Of a DNA stretch of 64,000 nucleotides, positions 13,176 to 24,165 are shown piece after piece (positions within the stretch are counted from its first letter, which is position 1; each line of letters starts with the position of its first letter). Source of the DNA: Vitrella brassicaformis CCMP3155 (taxonomy: Eukaryota > Protista > Chromerida); assembly GCA_001179505.1 (NCBI GenBank), contig CDMY01001040.1, positions 62,001 to 126,000 of the forward strand. Reading direction: 5' to 3'. The notes under the pieces were generated by a model. That model was not told the DNA's origin. It saw only the letters and a program-made list of their open reading frames with translations, and ran no database searches. Position numbers and translations under genes: made by a program.

Positions 13176-16100
13176 TCACATGCTGGCCCCTGACGCGTCG
13201 CCAGCATCATGATGGACCTGCAAACGGACGGGCAGCCACACATCAAGAGACGATGAGCACCAGCACGCATCGAAACATGCTTGTTGTCGTGTGCCTCACC
13301 GTGCCCTCCCTGGCCGCTTCCGCCTTGTTGAATCGGCCGATGGCCGCCATTCAAGCACCTGGGGGCCACGCCAATCCCGCCCGGCTCGTCATCATGCCCA
13401 TCCCGAAACACACTTGGCAGCTGCATCGCGGGCCTGTCGGCCTCACTCGTCATCTCCAGTGGCGGGGCCCTGCCACCACCCCCCACCCGAGCTCGCTTGT
13501 CGGATCTCATTGCCTCTCCGACCCCCACCCCGACGTCCTTCCGCTTTCGCCGGGCAGCGGCGTCGGCCACAGCAATCGACTGACGGCTGAATGGGGGAAG
13601 AACATCACTGTAGTATGGGGGGTGTCCTGCCTTGACGGCAGTGTCAGGAGTGTGCAGCGCGGCGCCATGGGGAGGAAGGTGCCATCCGTGGGGATGGGTG
13701 GTGGTGAAGGGAGGGCCAGACTCTTCGTCGGAGCTGTCGCCACTGTCGCTGTCGCTTTCCACGCGGCTGGGATGCACCGTCACCGGGGGATGCTCACTCG
13801 ACCCGCGTGAGAAGCCAGAGTACCGCTGTGTCGACCTTTTGCTGTCCAACCTCTGCCCCCTCACTGCAGCAGCAGCTGATGTCGTGCTCGCATCCCTCCT
13901 GCTGCCGCCGGCTTGCTGTGCGGGCGAGAGTGGGGTCATACCCTTGCCGCAGTGGTTGACCAGCAGCTGCATCTTCTTCTCGTGTCCCTCTGGCGAGCAA
14001 CTAGATGAGAAGGGGATCTGCCCGTCGGAGGGGTACAGCTGCGGGGGTAACGGTTCGATCTCGTCCAACTGCGTCGACCGACGCACAGTCCGCTTCCTGC
14101 TGTCTTGCTGACGGTGGTAAGCGCCGCTGATGGTGTCATGTGCCGTAGTGCCACATGGGTGGAGGTGGTCCATGGATGGACTCCCGCAAGAGCCCATGAG
14201 CCCCTCTGAGTCGCCCTTGGCCATCCTCGCGCCGGGAAGCAGCAGCGGGTTGGAAAGCATCAGAGAGGACGGGCCTGTGGCCGGAGGGAAGAGCGGTTGC
14301 TGTGTGAACTGAAAGGTAGCCGAGATGGGGAGGAGGCTGTGGCCGGACGGGGGCAGCAGGTCGAATGGCATGTGCGACATGTGGGGCGGGATCATGCCGT
14401 GCTGATGGCCGTCTGGCGAAGACGTCGCTGCCGGCCCCTCCAGCGCACTCCTGGGCACCACCCCGGGTGACCCCAGCCCCCCCTGGTCCTTGACGTTCTG
14501 GTGGCCATCCGCCCCCCTCCCGTCGCCATGCATGTCCTCATATGCCCACGGCATCCTCGGCTCGCCACCGCCACCATGCATCGAGAAAGGTGCGAAGCCA
14601 TGGTCGCCACTGGCTGACCCGCCGTCATGTTGGAAGGTATCGAAAGAAGACGACAGCCCGGGGCCGAGGTCCATGCCCTCCACAAGACACGGGTCAGCCA
14701 GCAGCCCGTCTGGGGGCGAGAGGAAGTGGAGGGGCTTGGGCCCAGGGGGCGACAGCAGCGCTCCAATCGATGAGGAGGCATGGTGGCCGTCTTCGTGAGC
14801 AGAGTGGACGGTTGTGGTTGAGGGGTTGGCCGGTGGCACGTCACCGAAGTCTGGCTGTGGATTGTCGTGCGCCTGCGAAGGGCCGGCAGTCGATGACGAG
14901 GAATCCGCCTGGGTGGTCTGGCCCACAGAGTCCGTGGCTGGGGATCCCGGATGGACGCCAAACGATCTCAAACTATGCGCATCTGATCTTTGCGGCGGGA
15001 GGCAGTCACTCGTCGCCTTGACGGGCGCATCCGTCGTCCCAGCCGCCGACTCACTCCCCTGCTCTGGTCCAGCAACGGGAGATGGTGTCGACTGCGGCTG
15101 AGCGTTTGACTCTCTCTTCACCTCTACTGGCGGGGGAGGGGGCCGGCAGGGAGTGGAGGTCGTCACCAGGCCGGCCGTCTTGGGGTGATAGCTGGGCGGG
15201 TGGGACACCGCCACACTGCCGACAACGGTAGCAGCACCAGACAAGCTTGGATGGGGCGCCACGAACGCTGGCCGGGGGCCGGGGAAGGGAAAGGTGAGAG
15301 GGAAGGTGACGTTGACACTCATGTTCATGTTCATCACCAGGGGCCGCAGGTAGACGCCGGGCGACCCAACAGATCCCGGAGCGCCAGTTGGCGTCACCGG
15401 ACGGATGCTGACCTGAGATGGCGGGACAGAGAAGCTGCCTCCACCGACACCGCCCTTAGCCGTTCCGGCGGCCGGACTTCCGCCAGCAGGCTGCGTCACT
15501 TCAGCCACAGGCATCCCGGACACCACGCTGGGCTGAGCGGACGATGGCGCTGGTGCTGGCGGCGAAGGCGATGGCTGTGGGTTTGCTGACGCAGCAGCAA
15601 TTGGCGGGCGGGGAGTGAAGAAGGGCGGGCGCACGAATGCCACCGGTGGGTGGGATGTTGCGCCGGGCAGCGAGAAGGAATAGGGGCCCCTCATGCCGCC
15701 CATCCCATTGGCGAAGACAGCGGGCGACAGAACCGGCACGGCAAAGGGATGATGCGGCAGATTCATCGGCACAGAAGATCCATCGCGGGGAGGCGCTGGG
15801 GTTGGGGTGCTGCTGCTGCTGGCCGCCAGCGCATCAGGGCGCTCGGTCCTCTCTGCCTCGGTGTCGGTGTCGCCGCCATCCGTCCTGCACTGATCGCCCT
15901 TGCCGCCAGGGTGTGAGGGTGCCGTCCCACTGGATGGTGGCGACCTCTGGCGTCCATCGGGGCTGTCCGTCGCCCCGTCGCCGGTCTTCTTCTCCACCTT
16001 GACATTGCTGATGGTGTCGCCGTCCGAGTTGCCCTCCTCATTCTCGCCCTCAGCAATGAGCAGCTTCTGCCTGTTGGCCAGGTTGGCTATCACCTGGTAC

Positions 16101-17793
16101 GGCACCGCCGCGGGGATGCCGACGCCCTCGGGGATGGACGAGAAGATCGGAGGGTCGACGAGCGTCTCCACCTTGGGCGGGTCATTGAACTTGAGGACAC
16201 CTGCCTCGGGCCCGGGAGGGGCGGCCATGGCCGGCACCGGGAAGGGCAGCTTGGGGTCGTTCTCTGTCGGCTGAGTGGTGGGAGGGAGGGGGCGGGGGAT
16301 GCGGGGGTGGGTCGTCTCAGGCAGATCCACGACAATGTGACTCAACGCGTCCCAAATGTTCGCAGACTGCAGCGGAAGAGCGGAAGGACAAAGAGAACAC
16401 GTGTGCCTGCCCCACGGTAAAGTGTTGCGTGCTTGAGTGCGTTTGTACCTACCTGTTGGAGGACGCGTGCGCATTTGGGTCCGCCCCCCAGTGCGGGGTA
16501 CTTGGGGTGGTAGATGACGTTGCGGCGGGCCAGGTCACTGAAGGCCCACTGGAAACCCCGACACACATCCTCATTCTGCAAGGGGAGGGGACGGTGGACA
16601 ACAAACACAAACAAGGCGTTCGCACACGTATATACGTCTTCGGTAGTCTCTTCTGTCTGTTCGAACCAGTCTGATCTTGTCGAATGAGGCAGCGCATTCC
16701 TTGGCGAATGCCCGCTCCTGCCGCCGCCGCTCAGCCGACTTCTTCTGTTCGTCACCATACGTCTGCAACAAACATGCCAACAAATCAATCACGCGCACGG
16801 ATGGATCGGCCCTCTCTCATCGCCTCGCCCTTCCCTTGACTTACGGCAATCTTGCAGGCCCTCATGATGGCGGGCCTCCCCTGGAAGCCCTTCTCCTCCA
16901 TCCGCTGGGACAGTGCCGGTGGCAAAGGCAGCTCCAGCTTGCACAGCCGCAAGTCACAAAAGGGGAAGAGCGCGCAGGTGGTCAGGGCCAGACCCACCTT
17001 CTCCGTCTCGCCATGCGGCTTGGCCGCCGCGAGGGCACTGGCGGCCGCTGCATGGGCTGGGTGTCCACGGGGCGGGGGGAGGGCCAGGGCGTGGCAATGG
17101 GGCACCGGTGCGTCGGAAGGCGGCGGGAGGGCCTCGAGGCTGTGCGGCAGGCCGACGTATCCCAAGATGCGCTTCGGACCCTGAAAAGAATGGACGTGTG
17201 TGTGTGTATGCATTGCATTCTTGGTGTGTGTTGCATGGGATGGCATCGCCCTGCCGTGCGTACCCATCCTGAGGGCCCGAGGACGTGTGACTTCTTCCAG
17301 TCCAGGACGAGGAAGGTCCCCTCCGTCAGCGCCAGCGGCACCTCGTCCAGCGTCCGGTAGACGGCCTGGATGCCCCGATGAGGATTCTTCCAGCCGACTG
17401 ATGGTCACGACAGAGAGAGCAGACACACATCTCCGTGCTCCAATTCTGCTCACCCCTCCCTCCCTCCGTCCCTCCCTCCCAGACGCACATACCAGTGAGG
17501 TAGTCGGAGAGTATCTTCTCCATCTCTGGTGCCGACAGGTTGTCGTATCGGTGCGCCAGCTCGGCGCCCACCCGCTGCCCAACGAGGCAAAGGAACTGGC
17601 TCTCCACATCCCGCGGCACCGCATCGAACTCCTTGTGGCTGAGGGACACGAACCCGCTGGCCACCGTGAAAAGCTTGCGGCATGTCGACACGCGTGGCAG
17701 GAACCCGCCGCCGTTCTTGCCCTTCTGGTTGCCCAGCGCTGCCACAGCATCAGGCCACTGCTGCATCAAGTAATCCTGAAACGCCTCCAGCAT
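13176..17793 (-). CDS. Uncharacterised ~1400-aa protein: ordered-looking N-terminal region plus a long Pro/Ser/Gly-rich disordered region with a basic NLS-like motif
   Basis: ATG at 17793 (MLEAFQDYLMQQWP). Five short exons join in frame via GT-AG introns into the ~3.1-kb exon (ORF 13172-16474). A small last exon ends at TGA 13176. RRKRKD...DKRAR resembles a bipartite NLS. No family recognised. Confidence 0.75.
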
Positions 17794-18137
17794 GATCAAC
17801 ACAGATAGATGCGTTCCAGACAGGGAGGGAATGGATCAACCGCACAGGGTCTCAGCCGAAGGAGGAGGCGAGTGTGACGATGAAGCGGGAGGGTTTTCGG
17901 ATTCAGATCCTGCAGCTGGCTTAAGCAAGCGCGTCGACGGATGTCCGCTTCGCGAGATTCTTCAACGTCGAGTCATCTTTTGCCTCTCCTCTCCGTTTTT
18001 GCGAGCCTGGCTGCGAGCTTGGAGCGAATTGAAGACGTTCGGTGGTGGATGGATCCGTGAAGCCCTTACCTCCCGCAGATTGATTTTGGGGTGCCTGCAG
18101 CGCAGATCTATGCATTGATCTCTCCCGCCCCCGTTTG
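17794..18137. promoter_or_regulatory. Putative bidirectional promoter between the unknown gene (-) and ilvD (+)
   Basis: Divergent ATGs about 345 bp apart; microsatellite-free. Confidence 0.45.
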
Positions 18138-20691
18138 ATGGTCATCTCTCTCTGCCTGCTTGCTGCATTGACCTTCGGCATCAGCGCACATCGTGAGGCC
18201 ACAGCACTGTCAGCATCATCCTTCGTGCCATCCTTTGGACCGCTTTCCAGCAGCCCGCCACAAGATCACTCATCGCGCCATCGCTCGCTGATGCGTTTCA
18301 GGCCCTCTGCCATCCCCACGCGCATATCCGCCTCATCCGCATTCCGCCCTGCCGCCGCAGCCGCATCTTCTCTCGGCCAGATGACGACCACACGCCTGTT
18401 CGCGACCACCCCAGACATCGAGGATATGTCCAAGCTGAATCGCGTCAGCTGTCGCATCACGCAGCCCAAGGCACAGGGCGCTTCCCAGGCGATGCTGATA
18501 GCTACGGGCCTGAAGCCAGAGGACCTCAACAAGCCCCAGGTGGGCGTGGCGAGCGTGTGGTACGAGGGCAACCCCTGCAACATGCACCTACTGGGCCTGG
18601 GGCACCGCGTCAAGGAGCAGCTGCAGACCGAGGGGCTGGTGGGCTTCCAGTTCAACACTGTCGGGGTGAGCGACGGCATTTCCATGGGCACCGACGGCAT
18701 GTCCTTCTCGCTCCAATCCAGGGACCTCATCGCTGACAGCATCGAAACACTGGTCTGTTGTCGCACCTGGGAGGGAGGGAGGGAGGGAGGGAGGGAGAAA
18801 CCGCCGGTGTAGTGTAGTGTGTTGTGATGCTGGTTGGCTTGTTTGTCTGTCTGCAGATGGGTGCTCAGTGGTATGACGGTTTGGTGACCCTCCCCGGCTG
18901 CGACAAGAATATGCCCGGCTGCATCATTGCCATGGGCCGCCTCAACCGCCCCTCCCTGATGCTCTACGGCGGCACCATCGCGCCAGGCAAGAGCGCCAAG
19001 GGGGAGGTGCTCGACATCGTGTCGGCTTTCCAGTCCTACGGGCAGTATCTAAGCGGCACCATCACCGAGGAGGAGCGCCAGGACATCGTCTGCCACGCCT
19101 GCCCGGGCCCCGGGGCGTGTGGCGGCATGTACACGGCCAACACCATGGCGAGTGCCATCGAGGCTCTAGGCATGTCGCTGCCGTACTCGTCATCCAACCC
19201 GGCTGTGTCGCCCGAGAAGCAGCAGGAGTGCGAGAAGGCGGCCAGTGCCGTCAAGGCACTGCTGGAGAAGAACATACGACCAAAGGACATCATGACCAGA
19301 GAGGTGAGGGCAGACGGGATGGCTGCGACGGAGAAGGAAAGCTGTTAGTACACTGTGATATGATCTGTCTTGCTGGATCATCAGGCCTTCGAGAACGCCA
19401 TGACGATCGTGATGGCTCTTGGCGGCTCCACCAACGCGGTGCTGCACCTGATCGCCATGGCGAGGTCGGTGGGCATCGCCCTGACCATCGACGACTTCCA
19501 GCGTGCGAGCGACAGGACGCCCCTCATCGCAGACCTGAAGCCCAGCGGCACCTATGTCATGGAGGACGTCCACAAGATCGGCGGCATACCGTCCGTCATG
19601 CGCCACCTGCTGGAAGAGGGATACCTTCACCCCGACTGCCTCACTGTCACCGGCAAAACCATCAAGGAGAACCTGCAGGTGAGGCAGCCAACACAACACA
19701 CGGAGGGGCTGTTGGTTGCCCCGCCGCAGCCGACTGATGCGCATCTGTGTGGGGGTTGACAGGCGGCAAAGCCTTTGGACTTCAATGCGCAGAAGGTCAT
19801 CCTGCCCGTCAGCAGGCCCCTGCAGCCCAAAGCACATGTCAAGATCCTGCGGGGCAATCTTGCGCCAGATGGTGCGGTGGCCAAGATTACAGGCAAGGAG
19901 GGGTCGCGCTTCACGGGCCCTGCTCGAGTGTTTGACTGCGAGGAGGACATGCTGGCCGCTGTCGAGAACAAACAAATCAAAAAGGTAAGGGGGAACGGCA
20001 GACGGGCATGAGAGGCACCTCTCTGTCTGAGCGTATGTGGGCATCGTTTGTGTTGTGTTGTGTGGTGGGTTCATGCAGGGCGATGTGATAGTGATTCGGT
20101 ACGAGGGTCCGAAAGGCGGGCCGGGGATGCCCGAGATGCTCACCCCGACATCAGGTGAGTGTGTGTATGTTCTATCTATCCATCCATCCGTTGACTGCCA
20201 TGTGTGTCAGTGATTATGGGTGCTGGCCTCGGCAAGGATGTGGCCCTCCTCACAGACGGGAGATTCTCAGGAGGATCCCACGGGTACACATACCGACACG
20301 GCAGAACACAAAGCAGCTCAACTCACGGCAGCATACGGCTCAACCCACTCTCTCTCCGTGCTGTGCTGTGTATGCAGATTCATCATCGGTCACATCTGTC
20401 CTGAGGCGCAGGAGGGCGGCCCCATCGCACTTGTGCGTGACGGCGACACCGTCACCATCGACGCAGACACACTCAAGATCGACGTGGACGTATCCGATGA
20501 GGAAATGGACAAGAGGAGACAACAGTTCACGCCGCCGCCTTACAAGGTGCATGCGTCAGACGAAAGATCTGGCCTGGCTGCGTCTTAGCATTCATCAATG
20601 TGTCTGTGTGTAGGTTGAGCGTGGCACTCTGCTCAAGTACATCAAGAACGTGAAGAGCGCGTCGGAGGGCTGTGTCACCGACGAATGGTGA
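18138..20691 (+). CDS. ilvD: Dihydroxy-acid dehydratase (branched-chain amino acid synthesis) with signal peptide and transit-like leader, about 8 exons
   Basis: Motifs [86 protein letters not shown] and GHICPEA. Last exon [25 protein letters not shown]. Confidence 0.98.
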
Positions 20692-21033
20692 CCGGTGGTC
20701 AGTCAGGGCTAGTGCCTGCCTGGCCGCCACAGATTCATGTGATGCGTTGCGTTGCCTGTTCGTGCTGTCTGTTCCTTTGTCGGTCATTCTTCTATGTCTG
20801 TGTATGAGAGTCGCGACGTTTATCTCAACACACATCGTGGACAGCCCGTCAGCATCACTGCAAACAATGGGAGGTGGAGTGATCTGTTTGCACGTCCATG
20901 CAGTAACTTCAGACGGCAGACATGGTGATGAATTCGATCCACCGCCTGCGAGCTAAACTTGCGTCGTTCCTCCGGTCGTTCCTCGTTCATTCGTTAACGC
21001 ACGTGCTTTTATGGACATTCTCCGCCTCCCACG

Positions 21034-22600
21034 ATGAGTGGAGGTCATTCCGATTGCCATATCGCGGGCCTGCCGGAGGAGATCCTCACAGAGGTGAGCA
21101 GCTTCCTCCCTTCCGTCAGCTGCGGAACCCTTCGAGCTGCATCGAAGAGCGTCGGCTGTCATCTCATTAGTGAGGATTATCTGACGGCCCGCCTCGACAG
21201 ATCCATCCGCGAGAGGGGCCTGGACGGGGTGATGGCAGTGGCGAACAAGGTGGCGAAGCGGCACAAGACGACCATGGCGTACCTGCAGCACTGCCTCACG
21301 GCCACTGTCAGCGAATTGGTGGATGTGGCTCTTTGGATTTTTCTCGGGGAAGCTGTGGGATACTCTCTTGTCGGGCTTGGTTGTGGGTTGGTTTGTTTGT
21401 GGGTGCTCACGCACACCTTTCCCTGCCTCAGCGAAGGACCATCATGCGCCTGGTGGACTTGGTGCTTGATATTGGTATGTGCCGTGGCGGTGGTTCTCCT
21501 GCTGTCCTTCCTCGCGGTCCTCGTCAGGTTCGTCATTCGCTACCAAGCTGTAAGGCCGGGACTGCTGGACGAGCTCTTCGGAGCCCTCTTCCTAAGACGG
21601 GTGTATGACAAGCACAGACAAGTCGTGGAGTTGATTGAAAAGCCTCTTTGGAGTGGACTGCTGCTTCTGCTGGGGCTCCGGAAGAGGATAACTTGGATGG
21701 ACTATCTGCTCCGGATGACGCACATTGTCGAGGAGGGAGGGCCGTGGGAGCGCTGCTTGCAGCTTCTCCACTTGCTGAAGAACTGCGGCCACCTCCCTTC
21801 TCTGCCGATCATCATCACTCCTGATGACGTGCGCCAAGTGGGCACCAAGATGGTGTTCGATTCCCAACCCCCGGCTATGCGACAGCTTTCGCTATTTCGT
21901 TCTCGAGCTGACGATGTAGGCTTTCCGTCTATCTTCAGCAAACGTATCAAATCTCGAGACCGCCAGGCGCTTACAGAGGCATTTAACCGATTCCTGACGC
22001 CCGACATGTTGCCAGGCGATCTACCCGCTGTCCACACATCAGACCCACCAGTCATATGTGAGGCAAAAGGAGCACATAACAACACAGCTGAGGCTGCTTG
22101 GAGTAATTTGCTCGTTTGTCTGCCTGTGTGCAGACGACAGGTACGGAGCCACCTCGTCTAGCGACATAGCCGCATCCTTCACCGACATGTGCCTCTACGC
22201 GATCTTCACCGATATTGCAGGCATCCACGGCTTCGTCGAGCCAGACGAGATCATGACGCGGACGGCCCAGCAGCAGCTGATGGAGCGGCTCGGACAACTC
22301 ACCTCCCGGATGGACCCAACGTGGAGCGGCAGTCGCCTGGCGTACGTGTGGATGGGCCGCTTCCCGGAGTGGGGGTGGTGCAATACAAATGTGGTCGTGT
22401 GCGGTGACAAAGCGACTGACGAGTTTGCAGCCTTGGTGCACGTGGACGTATTCCACCTATTCCACCAACCAAGCCAAACGTGTGATTTATGGATCGTTAC
22501 TACTGAGCCACGTGTTCCGAGGCAACGGAGCTCAGCTCAGCGGTGCCCGCGCACGGCGGCCCTGATCCGGGCCAAAGTGGACGCCATGGAGGCGGAGTAA
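21034..22600 (+). CDS. F-box-like protein of a lineage-expanded family, with an inserted hydrophobic segment
   Basis: N-terminal IAGLPEEILTEVSSFLPSVSCGTLRAASK is F-box-like. Hydrophobic stretches follow at ~21320-21540. An intron near 22100-22132 links to ORF 22058-22600 (...VVVCGDKATDEFAALV...IVTTEP...RCPRTAALIR). Confidence 0.7.
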
Positions 22601-24165
22601 GGCTAGAGCGGAGTATGAACAGATCGGCAGCAAGCATACGATGCATGAGTTCTTATCCATCCTTGTTTGTTCATGCAGGTCGCTCGTTGCAAGGCGGTGT
22701 GCTTACTGATCCTCTCCCTGTTTCTGTCGGTGCAAGTGGGCGGTTGCAGTGGGCTGGACTCAGTCGGTCTGGGCACATAGACTTATTGGGATGGCGACCT
22801 ACTGCTGGTTTTAGCTGTGTTTCACATCAGTCTTTTACTTGTTTGGAGCTTGAATGATGCACACGCCGACGTGCCTTTACTTCTTCTGACTCTCTGTCAG
22901 TGCACATGGACAGCATACGTCTGCAGAGAGTGCTCTCGGTGTGTGTGTGTGTGTGTACGTGTGTTCCGTGCGGGGTGCAGATGGACGGACACGGATACAA
23001 TGCGACGGATTTCGATCAAAGCATGCAATGCCATGCTGAAGGCACAGGGGCACACACACGGCATGAATCCGATACGTCAGTCCATCCATGCAGCCATCCA
23101 TCCATCCATCCATCGAACACGCACACGCGAGGTCTGTCATATGTCAAGGCAGGTCCGTCCGATGGCAGGGAGGCCCTTCAGGGTGCCAGTAGGTCGATGA
23201 CAGCAGGCCTCTGAGGCAACGGTGCCCTCCCCTTGGGCGGCCCCGTCCTGCCGCCCCTGAAGCCTCTGTTGATTGTCTGCCGCCGTGCCGTCTTGAATGT
23301 GAAAAAGCCGCCGAGCGATGACTGCACCCGACGGCCAGTAGACCTGCATTGCAGAAATCAAGACAATGAATGCGCAGCATCCCGACCCTCATCGGTTATC
23401 CTTACTGTTCGTGATAGGTCATTTCAGCGTCTCTTGGGGATCGTGGAGTCGGTTGTCCCTCGGTGGGCTTCATGGGGCGCTCGGCGGGCTTCATGGTCGA
23501 CTCCACGCGCCTGAGAGCAACACGTCAACTTCTGCGCCTGCTGCCGGTGCTTGTGAATCGACTCTCATCCACTTACATCGTATCGACTTGGATCGGGAGG
23601 AAGTCGGTGATCTCTGCTTGACGGCCACCCAGAGACTTCTTGCGAAAGGCCGGCAGCGTCCTGCGAGTCAGGCCATTGCAGCCAGCCCATCGACCAACCA
23701 GCCAAGCAGCAGACATCAAAACGATCGATGGTCTCTCTCGTCTATGCGTAATTGATGCACGTGTCTGCCCACCAGAACATAGGGTCGCTTCGAACGACGC
23801 TGCAGGACAGAGACATGGACAGAGACAAACAAGTAGATGCTCCTGTCCATGCGGGCGTCCGCTTTCGTTTACCCAGCGGAAGGGAAGAACTCATCCATAG
23901 CTTGCAGACGTGTGTGCCTCTTGGGGAAACCGAACACCTTGCTGATGCGACAAAGCATTGCATGACGATTCGTCATCTCTGTGTACGTGTCTCTTTGACC
24001 GACTTTGTGTGTGGGGGGTTCTGCTTTCTGTTGCGATACTCATCCAGCTCCATCTGGTCCAGATCTTCATCGGACGGTCCCTCCACGACCGCCCCTCTGG
24101 CCCGCCTCACCGCCTCTCCGTCTTGTCACGGTCGTGCATGTAGCGCCGCTCCGCATACCACTGAG

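Noticed and set aside
13176-17793. Possible ApiAP2 transcription factor
   Set aside because: The size and disorder fit, but no AP2 signature was found in any exon.
22600-24000. ORFs between the F-box-like and Kelch genes (e.g. 23233-23514, 23366-23755)
   Set aside because: No recognisable motifs or coherent splice chain; probably UTR or intergenic sequence.
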